From contig JAGOQY010000001.1 in the NCBI GenBank assembly GCA_018063125.1, forward strand, positions 1 to 61,773: a DNA stretch of 61,773 nt. Reading direction: 5' to 3'. The stretch's first letter is position 1; the number at the start of each line of letters is the position of its first letter. The notes beneath the pieces were generated by a model, which had not been told where the DNA came from, searched no databases, and worked only from the letters and a program-made list of their open reading frames with translations. The position numbers and the translations under genes are program-made. Shown piece after piece: positions 18,650 through 27,377 of the stretch. This DNA comes from Patescibacteria group bacterium (lineage in GTDB: Bacteria; Patescibacteriota; Patescibacteriia; 2-12-FULL-60-25).

Positions 18650-20245
18650 ATGAGAAAAATGGAGGGAATGCCGATGCCAGTTGAGACTGCTCCAAAGCGG
18701 AATGTTGAGAAACAACCAAAAAAAGAAAAAGAATCACCGCGTGTCGCGATGTGTTCGTCGTTTGAAAAATCTGCAAAGAAAGTTGCTTCGCTTGGAATAT
18801 TCCTTGCAAGCACGAATGGAATCGCTGGATGTGTTGGGAGCAAAGAGCCACATGTACCAGATTTCTGGGGTGCAGATGAGGTCGGTGAGGGCCCGGTCGC
18901 ATCTGACATTCCTCTCACATTTCAGCAGATGACTGAAGAGGTTAAGGCGAAGCTTCCTCGGGTGATTAAGAAGGAGCATATTGGTGGGAAAGAATATTTG
19001 GACTGGTCCGGCGCTTCTCGGGAGGTTTGGGATCAGGGGAGGCATCAAAGTAGAGATGAGGGCAAGCGACGTGAGGTCCGTGAGCGAAAACAGGAGTTAC
19101 CAAATCTTGCAGGGTTCGAGAAGTTTGAGATTCGTCCTGAGCTCGTAAAAGAATATCTCAAAACCATGCCAGCGAGCTGGGTTCATCCGGCGAGTGTCCC
19201 CGAGGTCGTCTTGGATCCTCGTTTTGTTCCCATCCATTATCCCGGAGCGATCCATGGAGAGTCTGCAGCTGCCCATGCGATAATCTCGCATGAAAGTGCA
19301 AAAATTAGAATTTTAGATGAAGGATTTTTGAGCGAAAATCCTGGTGTTAGGGCTGGAGCAACATTTGATACGTTTCGGCGGGTTTTGCTCCACGAGTTTG
19401 CCCATACACAGAGCTGGAAGACTTCTCCGAAGCTGACACCCGCGATGAGTACGGAGTTATTGTATCGAACGTTAAAAGCCGTTGAATCGGATCAGCGTCC
19501 GAAAACTTGTGGGTTCAATTATCCAGATAAGATCCAAAAAGAGGAGACTTTATTGAGGATGACAGAGCACTATGCGGTGCTGATGGAGAATGCCCTCAGT
19601 TATGCGACGAGCGCAGAGTCATGGGAAGATTGGCGAAAATCTTTTTCCGCATACCTTCAGGTAGAATGTGAAGCGGGAAATGACCAGGCTGAATGGAACG
19701 CGCGACTTGTTCAGCGATTCTTTTCATGGACGGAGCCTACATTCAAGCCCTGGATAGCGAATCGTGAACGCGGAGAGGTGATTGCAGATATTTTGCATGC
19801 ACAGGCGGATAAAGCATGGAGAAAAGAAATTTCAGCATCGCTCAATCCCGCGATGCGTGCCCTTTTTGAACGGGCTCTGGAAGAGGGAACAGTTTCAGTT
19901 CTCCACGATCTTCTTTCTTCAGAAGAGGCAGAGGATAATAGTCTAGGCCGATATACTCTTGAGCAGGTAGAAAAACGAGTATTTTCCTACCCTCTGAATG
20001 GGCATGAGCGTATGGCGATACTCGAGCTACAGAGCTTGCTAGTCCCATTCATTACGTTTCAGAAGAGGAGGGGGCATGGCAACTATCCGCAGGATTTTTC
20101 TCCAAGACATGTTGTCATTGACGCAAGACTTGGAGGTCTTGATTCTGCAAGAAAAGAGCGTTTTCTGGATGACCTGCATGCGTATGCGGAAGAAATCTTG
20201 TTTCATCCGCCGCTGGTGAATAGGGATGAACTTGAGAGTAAATAA
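18650..20245 (+). CDS. Hypothetical protein with an HExxH motif; putative lipoprotein
   Basis: Starts 1 nt after the ftsX stop. KK-VASLGIFLASTNGIAG|C looks like a lipobox. LLHEFAHT is HExxH, with a downstream EHYAV. No family recognised. Start ambiguous: ATGs at 18650, 18674 (GGAGGG 7 nt upstream) and 18749. Confidence 0.6.
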   Translation: MRKMEGMPMPVETAPKRNVEKQPKKEKESPRVAMCSSFEKSAKKVASLGIFLASTNGIAGCVGSKEPHVPDFWGADEVGEGPVASDIPLTFQQMTEEVKAKLPRVIKKEHIGGKEYLDWSGASREVWDQGRHQSRDEGKRREVRERKQELPNLAGFEKFEIRPELVKEYLKTMPASWVHPASVPEVVLDPRFVPIHYPGAIHGESAAAHAIISHESAKIRILDEGFLSENPGVRAGATFDTFRRVLLHEFAHTQSWKTSPKLTPAMSTELLYRTLKAVESDQRPKTCGFNYPDKIQKEETLLRMTEHYAVLMENALSYATSAESWEDWRKSFSAYLQVECEAGNDQAEWNARLVQRFFSWTEPTFKPWIANRERGEVIADILHAQADKAWRKEISASLNPAMRALFERALEEGTVSVLHDLLSSEEAEDNSLGRYTLEQVEKRVFSYPLNGHERMAILELQSLLVPFITFQKRRGHGNYPQDFSPRHVVIDARLGGLDSARKERFLDDLHAYAEEILFHPPLVNRDELESK

Positions 20246-20246
20246 T

Positions 20247-20702
20247 ATGTCAGAACTGTATTTTATTTTTGACGAATCAGGTATTCATCTTGGAGAGCTT
20301 TCTTCTCAGCGAGGAACGCTTGGTTCTTTTATTCTGACTCCGGATGGAGACCATGTGCTGGGCGGGGTGATTGCCGAGTGGCAGACGCAGGGAATTTCTT
20401 TTTTGCAGGACAAAACATTTCAGCAGAAAGATGGAGTTGAGCGTGTGACGACGAAAAAATCTGTTCATCCTCGAGATGCGGAATTCGTTGAAGCGGTTCG
20501 AGCTTGGTGTCACGATCGTCAATATCACATGTTTGTGGCAACGCCTCAGTCCTTACAAGCCTGGCAGCAGCTTCTTCGTCTTCCGTTGAGTCCTGTTGAA
20601 CGATTTTCCATGCTCTACGCATTTTCAGCTCTCCCTGAATCAGAGACGGATGGATGGATGTCTGCCTTACAGGATGCGGTTCGAGTTTCGGCATCTAACT
20701 GA
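20247..20702 (+). CDS. Hypothetical protein (151 aa)
   Basis: ATG 1 nt after the upstream stop. No motif recognised. Confidence 0.5.
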   Translation: MSELYFIFDESGIHLGELSSQRGTLGSFILTPDGDHVLGGVIAEWQTQGISFLQDKTFQQKDGVERVTTKKSVHPRDAEFVEAVRAWCHDRQYHMFVATPQSLQAWQQLLRLPLSPVERFSMLYAFSALPESETDGWMSALQDAVRVSASN

Positions 20703-20714
20703 TACACTCCATCT

Positions 20715-21101
20715 ATGCCATTTGAGATTGAAAATTCGACGATTCAGGTCACGGGCGGAACACGCCCGGGGTTGGTGATCGCATCGATTCAAGGATTGAA
20801 CATGATTGTGGATGCCACACCGAATTTGGATGCTGAAGATATTGAGCATCCGTTTTCATTCTCTGGAAACAGCTTTCCAGAACTTCTTCAGCAGCTTCTT
20901 CAAGAGGCGTTGAAAATCGGACAAACGAACAAGGAATCGTTTTTAGATCTCAAACTGACATTGATCACGGACGCGAAGATTGAAGGCGCGTTTGTCGGAA
21001 AGCCCGCCACCATTCAAAAAGCATTTTCACAGATCGCCGTTGACGGAAATATCGCCAAAGGAGAAGACGGCCAGTGGCACGCAACCGTGCGGGTTTCTTG
21101 A
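20715..21101 (+). CDS. Hypothetical protein (128 aa)
   Basis: Same strand, 12 nt after the previous gene. No motif recognised. Confidence 0.5.
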   Translation: MPFEIENSTIQVTGGTRPGLVIASIQGLNMIVDATPNLDAEDIEHPFSFSGNSFPELLQQLLQEALKIGQTNKESFLDLKLTLITDAKIEGAFVGKPATIQKAFSQIAVDGNIAKGEDGQWHATVRVS

Positions 21102-21112
21102 TTTCCTGACGA

Positions 21113-22897
21113 TCAGCGAGAAAGTTCCTTTGCCTCATCCACCAATTCTTTGATGAGGTTGATTCCTTGTGACCAGAATTTGGGGTCAGTCAGATCAATT
21201 CCAAAAGGACGCAAGAGTTCATCCGGAGACGCGGAGCCGCCTTTGGAAAGAAGTTCGAGGTACTTCTCGGCGAATTTTTTGTCACCTTTTTTCCACTGCG
21301 CAAAAAGAGAAAGCGTTAGTAATTCTCCAAACGCGTAGGCGTAAACGTAGAATGGAGAGTGAACAAAGTGGGTGATATAGGACCACCAAGAATCATATCC
21401 CGGGTTGAGCGTCACAGAATTGCCGAACATGTCGGTCTGCGTTTTTCGCCAGAGCTTTCCGATTTCTTTTGCGCTCAGCTCTCCATGTTCGCGAATTTCA
21501 TGATGGAGCTGTTGCTCAAACCGATACATCGAAATTTGGCGATGAACTGTGGCGAAGATGCTTTCTACTTTTTGCGCGACGAGAGCGAATCGTTCTTTCG
21601 GCGGCAGAGAGCTCTTCAGGGCATCAAAGACGAGCATCTCGCCAAACACACTCGCGGTTTCTGCGAGAGTGAGCGGGGAGTGCATGGAGAAATATCCACG
21701 AGGACGCGCGACACAGGCATGGACGGCATGACCGAGTTCGTGGGCGAGTGTCATGACATCATTTGCGCCACCAGAGTAGTTCACGAAAACGTATGGATGG
21801 AGATCCGGCGTGACATACATGCAGAATGCTCCGCCGCGTTTTCCGGGGCGAACGGCGGCATCGATCCATCCATTTTTGAAGAATGTTTCCGCGGTTTCTG
21901 CCATCAGCGGAGAAAGGCGAGAGAATGAATCCAGCACGATCCGCTTGGCTTCGTTGAACGGATAGAGCGTTTTTGTCTTTGAAAACGGCGCGTAGCGATC
22001 GTATTCGTAGAGTCGATCTAATCGAAGATGCTTTTTCTTGAATCGGTAAAAATCGTGAACAATGTCGTAGTGTTCGGTGACGGTTTTTGCGAGCGCGTCC
22101 ACCGTGGCTTGGGTGATGTCGTTTGATTCATGACGCGCTTCTTCCGGCGTCGAGAATTTGAGATGACGATCGCGTGTGGCTTTATCCTGCGCAAGAATAT
22201 TCGTGATAAACGCAAAACGTCGTTCATCTTTTTGAAGTCCTTCGGTAAATGTTTCTGCCGCCTGCTTACGAATACGGCGAGAAGGATTGTGAAGAAGTTC
22301 GAGAAGTTGTTGTTCATTCATTTCTCCTTTCGCTTTCTCCGACACGGCCTCGTAAGACTTCATTGCGTGTTCTTCGTCATACAGGCGAATGAACGCGGAG
22401 CGGCCGGTCAACGAAAGATCCTCCATGAGCTGTTCTTCCTGCTCGCTGAGACGATGCGGTTTTGATCTCAGAAGGCGTTTGAGAAAATGACGATACTTCA
22501 CGAGCTCCTTCGCATTCACAAATCGACGAAGGACGGATTCGGGGAGCGCCAGAAGTTCCAATTCAAAAAACGTGAGGACGCGAGAAATCTTGAGGCCTTC
22601 TGTCTGCATCTTTTGGAGAAACGCTCCGCTGGATGGATCAGACGCATTCGCAGAAAAGCGGAGATAGGCGAACGTCTCCGGCTTCGAGAGCTCCTGGGCG
22701 ATCAGTTCGTACTCCTTGAGAATCGCCGCCAATCGCTGCGGCGAGAGTGTTTTTTTGATCTTTCCTCGATATGTTTTCGCGAAGCGCTCAGAGCGGCGAA
22801 GAAGGGAGGAAAAGGTTTTTTCAATCTTGGGATCTTTCTCGTTGGCGTAGAGATCGGACAGATCCCAGGAGGGGAGTTTTTCAGGTGTTTTCTTCAT
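21113..22897 (-). CDS. pepF: Oligoendopeptidase F (M3B family)
   Basis: HELGHAVH zinc motif and PepF-like length (594 aa) from the ATG at 22897. The track's 118-aa N-terminal extension overlaps the DsbB-like gene and is low-complexity. Confidence 0.9.
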   Translation of the reverse strand: MKKTPEKLPSWDLSDLYANEKDPKIEKTFSSLLRRSERFAKTYRGKIKKTLSPQRLAAILKEYELIAQELSKPETFAYLRFSANASDPSSGAFLQKMQTEGLKISRVLTFFELELLALPESVLRRFVNAKELVKYRHFLKRLLRSKPHRLSEQEEQLMEDLSLTGRSAFIRLYDEEHAMKSYEAVSEKAKGEMNEQQLLELLHNPSRRIRKQAAETFTEGLQKDERRFAFITNILAQDKATRDRHLKFSTPEEARHESNDITQATVDALAKTVTEHYDIVHDFYRFKKKHLRLDRLYEYDRYAPFSKTKTLYPFNEAKRIVLDSFSRLSPLMAETAETFFKNGWIDAAVRPGKRGGAFCMYVTPDLHPYVFVNYSGGANDVMTLAHELGHAVHACVARPRGYFSMHSPLTLAETASVFGEMLVFDALKSSLPPKERFALVAQKVESIFATVHRQISMYRFEQQLHHEIREHGELSAKEIGKLWRKTQTDMFGNSVTLNPGYDSWWSYITHFVHSPFYVYAYAFGELLTLSLFAQWKKGDKKFAEKYLELLSKGGSASPDELLRPFGIDLTDPKFWSQGINLIKELVDEAKELSR

Positions 22898-22954
22898 TTC
22901 GGCATCGTACGTGAAAGTTGCAGGGCGGTCGAGCGTATCGTACTCTAAAGCCCT

Positions 22955-23392
22955 ATGATCAAACGACTGGAATCTTTCGCCAAAGACTACGGATTGTATG
23001 CCGTGTTCGTGTTTTCCCTGGTGGCGATGCTGGGGAGTCTTTATTTCAGCAATGTGATGTTGCTTCCGCCATGTATTCTCTGTTGGTATCAGCGCATTGC
23101 GATGTATCCGCTCGTGTTGATCGCCGCGATTGGGATTTGGAAGGATGACAAGAATGCGGTTTCGTATCTGCTTCCGCTCACGCTGATCGGGTTCGGTATT
23201 TCCATTTATCACAACCTTCTCTATTACCAGATTCTTCCCGAGAGCATTCAACCATGCATGTTTGGTGTTTCGTGTACGACGAAAACGATCGAGTGGTTTG
23301 GATTCATCACGATTCCGTTATTGGCATTGGTCGGGTTTGCATTGATTACGGCAACACTTCTCTTAGTTCATCGCGCCAATCGCAAGGTCTAA
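22955..23392 (+). CDS. Disulfide bond formation protein B (BdbC/DsbB family)
   Basis: ...AMLGSLYFSNVMLLPPCILCWYQRIAMYPLVLI... and ...CTTKTIEWFGFITIPLLALVGF... closely parallel Bacillus BdbC as I recall it. CxxC plus a second Cys pair. Confidence 0.85.
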   Translation: MIKRLESFAKDYGLYAVFVFSLVAMLGSLYFSNVMLLPPCILCWYQRIAMYPLVLIAAIGIWKDDKNAVSYLLPLTLIGFGISIYHNLLYYQILPESIQPCMFGVSCTTKTIEWFGFITIPLLALVGFALITATLLLVHRANRKV

Positions 23393-23401
23393 GAAACGGG
23401 T

Positions 23402-24808
23402 ATGAATGTTTCGCCGTGGCTCGCACAAATCAAACGCCATCGGCATGAGTTTATTTTGAATGAAGATCGTGAGACGGATGTCGTGATTGTTGGTGGAGGA
23501 ATCGCGGGTTTATCGACGGCGTATTATTTGCTCCGAGATACGAAACGAAATGTTCTTCTCGTGGAGGCCGACAGAATCGCGCACGGGGCAACAGGGCATA
23601 ACGCGGGGCAGGTCGTGAGTTATTTTGAACGTTCGTTTCACAGCATCGTTGAGGAGTTTGGTCTTCCAGCGGCGGTCGCGGGTCAAAAGGCGGTTGACGG
23701 TGCCTGGGATTTGCTCGAAGAGGCGATTCGCGATGAAAAGCTGACCGGTCAGCTCTATTCGGTGCGCGGACACATGGGGATTTGTAGCGTGGAAACACTG
23801 TTGCAGTTTGCGACAGACCTCACATTGAAAAAGCAGGGCGGGATTGTTGGAGAAGAGCTCTTTGTCGCAGATGATGAATTGTGGACAAAACATCTTCCAC
23901 CCGAAGTTCTTGCCCACGTGATCCTTGTTCCGCATGAAGAGATTTTGCAAAAGTTAGAAACGGACGATTCGAAATATTTTGCGGCGCTGGCCGATCGAAA
24001 AGGGTGTTTGAATAGCGCGATGTTTTGTGAAGAGCTCGCAGGTGTCCTCGTGAAAAAATACGCAGATCGTTTCCAGATCGCAGAACACTCACCGGTGAAC
24101 GTCGTCATCCTGCGTGAGGATGAGATTGAACTCGCATGCGCAAAACATTCGGTTCGTGCAAAGAAGGTTGTGCTATGCACGAACGGCTTTGAACATTTTA
24201 GGATCGTGAGTGAAGAGGGCGCGGATATTGATCCACGATTTCATGCAACGATGAACGGGGTGATCGGATACATGGCCGCGTATTTGGAACCGTGCGAGGA
24301 AGAGATTGCGTCTGCGACAAGTTATCTTCCGCAAGTCTTTGGTCCTGACGCGGATTATTTTTATGTGACAAAGCGTCCGTACGAAAAAGCCGAGGGGAAA
24401 TGCGAAACGCTGGTGGGCCTTGGCGGGCCGGTTGATCCACTTCCAGAATCAAAAGAATATGATCGTCATGCGCCGATCCCGCCGGAGAAGCTAGACGAGC
24501 TAAAAACATTTCATCAAACGCTCATCTCGAAAACATCTCGGAAAAAAGCTCCGGCGTATGTGTGGCACGGGTTGATGGGGTATACGACGAATCGGATTCG
24601 ACTCATCGGAGCGGAGCCGTGTAATCCGTCATTGCTCTATAATTTAGGATGCAACGGAATCGGGATCCTTCCATCCATCTTCGGTGGAAAGCGCATTTCA
24701 GAAATTCTTTCTGGGAAAAAAGTTGAGCCCATGATTTTTGATCCACAAGATCAACGATGCGTCGTCGAAGGATTTTCTGAGGTGGGATTGGTGAATCCGT
24801 TCAAATAA
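23402..24808 (+). CDS. FAD-dependent oxidoreductase (DAO family)
   Basis: Dinucleotide fold DVVIVGGGIAGLSTAYYL, GHNAGQV. 468 aa. 9 nt downstream of the DsbB-like gene. Confidence 0.8.
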   Translation: MNVSPWLAQIKRHRHEFILNEDRETDVVIVGGGIAGLSTAYYLLRDTKRNVLLVEADRIAHGATGHNAGQVVSYFERSFHSIVEEFGLPAAVAGQKAVDGAWDLLEEAIRDEKLTGQLYSVRGHMGICSVETLLQFATDLTLKKQGGIVGEELFVADDELWTKHLPPEVLAHVILVPHEEILQKLETDDSKYFAALADRKGCLNSAMFCEELAGVLVKKYADRFQIAEHSPVNVVILREDEIELACAKHSVRAKKVVLCTNGFEHFRIVSEEGADIDPRFHATMNGVIGYMAAYLEPCEEEIASATSYLPQVFGPDADYFYVTKRPYEKAEGKCETLVGLGGPVDPLPESKEYDRHAPIPPEKLDELKTFHQTLISKTSRKKAPAYVWHGLMGYTTNRIRLIGAEPCNPSLLYNLGCNGIGILPSIFGGKRISEILSGKKVEPMIFDPQDQRCVVEGFSEVGLVNPFK

Positions 24809-24820
24809 AAAAGAAAAAGA

Positions 24821-24874
24821 AAAGCGCACCCGAACGGTCGAGAGCGTTGCCATCAATCGTGATGGTGCGCTTTT
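24821..24874. terminator. Nested hairpins between convergent genes (probable bidirectional terminator)
   Basis: Outer stem aaagcgcacc/ggtgcgcttt and inner stem ccatca-atcg-tgatgg. T-runs on both strands. Confidence 0.5.
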
Positions 24875-24895
24875 CGCCGCGCGAGTGCGCGAGAT

Positions 24896-25489
24896 TCAGT
24901 TTCCGAGAATCGTGACAGCGTCCGATCGGATGGGAAAGTCTCCCACGACGGGCTCCGAAACGTCAGCGTTCACGGTGACGTCCGAGTTCGCGGTGATCTC
25001 GAACTGGAACTGTCGGTTTGCGGAGCTCGCACCCGAGGTCTGGATGCTCACAGTGAGCGTCTCGATCGATGCTGCGCCGATCGTCATCGGAAGGTCGACG
25101 CAGATCCTTCCATCCGCGGGCCAGGGGGCCGTGACGGCGATGGGTTCGAGCGTCCAGTTCGTGACGTCGATGATGACTTCGTTCACCCCGTCGGCGAGCG
25201 TGTTCGGTCCGATGCTACGGAGACAGACGTTCTCCACATGGGTCCAGACGCTGTGGTAGTTCAGGAACGTGAAGTTCCCGACTACGATTCTTCCTACGAC
25301 GGCTTCGGTCACGGAGAGTCGCTCCGTGCAGACGAACAGAACTTCGTCGCCCCAGGTGTTCGTGGAAGCGTCGCAGCCTTCAGGTTCCGCATCCGACTCG
25401 TCCTCTCCGTCATCCGGATAGACATTGATCGCGGTGCCGCATCCGGAAATGGACAATAGCGCGCAAATCATGAACACGATGACTTTCAT
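24896..25489 (-). CDS. Hypothetical lipoprotein (197 aa)
   Basis: MKVIVFMICALLSISG|C lipobox, acidic linker, then a beta-rich sequence. The overlapping plus-strand ORFs are low-complexity. Confidence 0.6.
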   Translation of the reverse strand: MKVIVFMICALLSISGCGTAINVYPDDGEDESDAEPEGCDASTNTWGDEVLFVCTERLSVTEAVVGRIVVGNFTFLNYHSVWTHVENVCLRSIGPNTLADGVNEVIIDVTNWTLEPIAVTAPWPADGRICVDLPMTIGAASIETLTVSIQTSGASSANRQFQFEITANSDVTVNADVSEPVVGDFPIRSDAVTILGN

Positions 25490-25605
25490 TCGATCCTCAC
25501 TTTGTGGTGTGATGGTACGGAGTTCAGTTGACTTTCGGCGTTTTCCACGCAGAAATCGAGATACTATAGCCTAAAAATGGCGAATTGTCAATAGGATGCC
25601 CGGTT

Positions 25606-25634
25606 TTGACGGAAACGAAAAAAACGTCTATCGT
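25606..25634 (+). promoter_or_regulatory. Possible sigma70-type promoter for tRNA-Gln
   Basis: TTGACG, 17-nt spacer, TATCGT, ending about 10 nt before the tRNA 5' end. Pattern match only. Confidence 0.3.
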
Positions 25635-25644
25635 CCCCGCGCAT

Positions 25645-25718
25645 TCGGAGATCGTCTAATGGTAGGACAGCGGCCTTTGAAGCCGTGAATCTTGGTTCGA
25701 TCCCAAGTCTCCGAGCCA
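25645..25718 (+). tRNA. tRNA-Gln (anticodon TTG), CCA encoded
   Basis: Acceptor tcggaga/tctccga. D arm gtct-aatggta-ggac. Anticodon stem gcggc/gccgt with loop ctTTGaa. T arm cttgg-ttcgatc-ccaag. Confidence 0.9.
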
Positions 25719-25721
25719 CAC

Positions 25722-25754
25722 AAAACATCCTCTTCACCGAGGATGTTTTGTTTT
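25722..25754. terminator. Bidirectional rho-independent terminator
   Basis: aaaacatcctc-ttcacc-gaggatgtttt followed by a T-run. Abuts the Smr gene stop. Confidence 0.7.
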
Positions 25755-26127
25755 AACGGAGCACGGCCACAGTGACGCCTCCGGCTTCAGAGGGATTGCG
25801 ACTATCGCGATATCCGGCGATATCCTTCGGATGTTTCTTGAGCCAGTCGTGAACCGCGTTGCGGAGTTTTTGAGAGCCGCGTCCGTGGATGATTCGTAGC
25901 GCAGTTCCGGCGTAGTATCGCTGGTAGATAAACGTGTCGAGCTCGCGAAGAGCTTCGTGGACCGAGAGTCCGTGGAGATCGATCTCTGGGACGCCGGATC
26001 CTAATTCCGCGCCAAAAAGGGCGGCGTCCACAAGTTCCTGCTCGGGTGATCGTTTCATGTCGTGTGCGATGGTATCATCTCGTTCAGCTATGTCACGCCG
26101 CCTTTCGCAGATGCTGGGAACCGTCAT
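25753..26127 (-). CDS. Smr domain protein
   Basis: EIDLHGLSVHEALRELDTFI...LRIIHGRGS..LRNAVHDWL. Alternative start at M24 (nt 26058). Confidence 0.75.
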   Translation of the reverse strand: MTVPSICERRRDIAERDDTIAHDMKRSPEQELVDAALFGAELGSGVPEIDLHGLSVHEALRELDTFIYQRYYAGTALRIIHGRGSQKLRNAVHDWLKKHPKDIAGYRDSRNPSEAGGVTVAVLR

Positions 26128-26689
26128 GACGGTGTTTGTGATCTTGCTTGTCTATACATTCAATTCAGTCGCTCCAGAATCGTCCAACGATCTGGGTCCA
26201 GAACTGAAGATCCCGAAGCCGATTGAAACTCCCGTCACGACATCATCCACCGTTGAAACGAACGCGCTTGTGGTTCGTGTGGTGGACGGTGACACGATCT
26301 CTGCAAAGATTGATGGGACGGAAGGGGAGACGAAAATCCGGTTTTTGGGGATCAATACGCCAGAGAGCGTGGATCCGCGTCGTCCGGTGGAATGTTTTGG
26401 GAAAGAGGCTTCGGCTCGCTTGCGTACGATGATTGAAGGCCAGCGCGTTCGGCTTGAAGAAGATCCAAAAGCCGATGAGCGAGATAAATATGGTCGTCTT
26501 CTCCGAAACGTCTTTACGGGAGATGGAACGGACGTGAATCTTCAGCTTGTTCAGGACGGATACGCGCAAGCGCTTCTCGATTATCCATTAACGGCCACTC
26601 GCAAGCAGGAGTTGAAAGCGGCGGAGCAATCTGCCAAGCTGGCGGAGCGCGGGCTCTGGTCGCCTGAGGCTTGCACGAACTCGCCATAA
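26090..26689 (+). CDS. Secreted or membrane-anchored thermonuclease (SNase family)
   Basis: N-terminal TM or signal, VVRVVDGDTI...IRFLGINTPES...CFGKEAS...DKYGRLLRNV...LVQDGYA. The ATG at 26090 was chosen; the track start lies inside the Smr gene. Confidence 0.8.
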   Translation: MSRRLSQMLGTVMTVFVILLVYTFNSVAPESSNDLGPELKIPKPIETPVTTSSTVETNALVVRVVDGDTISAKIDGTEGETKIRFLGINTPESVDPRRPVECFGKEASARLRTMIEGQRVRLEEDPKADERDKYGRLLRNVFTGDGTDVNLQLVQDGYAQALLDYPLTATRKQELKAAEQSAKLAERGLWSPEACTNSP

Positions 26690-26692
26690 CCT

Positions 26693-27319
26693 ATGATTTC
26701 CAAAAAAGCATTTTTTCTCACCGTTGCCGGTTCGTTGGGTGTTCTGGTGTTGATGTGGGCATTATTGAAACCTCCGGCAGAAGGTCCGGTGGGGCTAAAT
26801 GAAATTCTCCCAGAAGGAGTCCCCGTGGAAGGCCCGGCAAGTTCCACGGTGACGATTGTCGAGTTTCTCGATTTTCAATGTCCATCGTGTGCGGCGTTTC
26901 ATCCAACGATGAAACGGATTCGTGAGGAATACGCGGGTCGTATCCGATTTGCTCAACGTCAGTTTCCATTGGTGGAACTTCATCCAGATGCCAAGGGTGC
27001 GGCAATTGCGGCCGTGTGTTCCGACAAACAGGGAAAGTATTTTGAATATACGGATGCCATGATTTTGAATCAGGCGAGTCTTGAGCGTCCGGACTTGATT
27101 CGATATGCCGAAGCGTTGAAGTTGGATAAAACGGCGTTTGAAACCTGTTTGGATGACGCCGCTGTTTCTGATTTCGTCGCCAACGAGCGGAAGATCGGGG
27201 AATCATTTGGAATCCGAGGGACGCCGTGGATTTTTGTGAATGGAGAATCTCTTTCGGATACGCCGACATACAATCAACTCAAACAACTTGTGGAAGAGGG
27301 GCTGGCGGGGACCAATTGA
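26693..27319 (+). CDS. DsbA-family thiol:disulfide oxidoreductase (membrane-anchored)
   Basis: N-terminal TM. EFLDFQCPSCAAFHP (CxxC). ...GIRGTPWIFVNG (cis-Pro loop). Confidence 0.8.
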   Translation: MISKKAFFLTVAGSLGVLVLMWALLKPPAEGPVGLNEILPEGVPVEGPASSTVTIVEFLDFQCPSCAAFHPTMKRIREEYAGRIRFAQRQFPLVELHPDAKGAAIAAVCSDKQGKYFEYTDAMILNQASLERPDLIRYAEALKLDKTAFETCLDDAAVSDFVANERKIGESFGIRGTPWIFVNGESLSDTPTYNQLKQLVEEGLAGTN

Positions 27320-27345
27320 CGAAACTCGCAAAAACGGGCATCTTG

Positions 27346-27370
27346 CCTCCTGCGCACTTTCTGCAGGAGG
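27346..27370 (+). promoter_or_regulatory. Hairpin that pairs with the Shine-Dalgarno of the downstream gene
   Basis: cctcctgc-(9 nt)-gcaggagg. The 3' arm is the GGAGG located 8 nt before the ATG at 27378. Confidence 0.35.
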
Positions 27371-27377
27371 GAAGAAA

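Noticed and set aside
22898-23251. 118-aa N-terminal extension of the PepF ORF overlapping the DsbB-like gene
   Set aside because: The extension is unlike M3B N-termini, is basic and low-complexity, and overlaps a strongly BdbC-like gene on the other strand. The ATG at 22897 gives a canonical PepF of about 594 aa.
25490-25760. tRNA-Gln as the attachment site of an integrated mobile element
   Set aside because: There is no integrase, recombinase or phage gene on either side. I could not find a direct repeat of the tRNA 3' end nearby by eye. Only the compositionally odd lipoprotein gene hints at acquisition. A computational repeat search was not possible.
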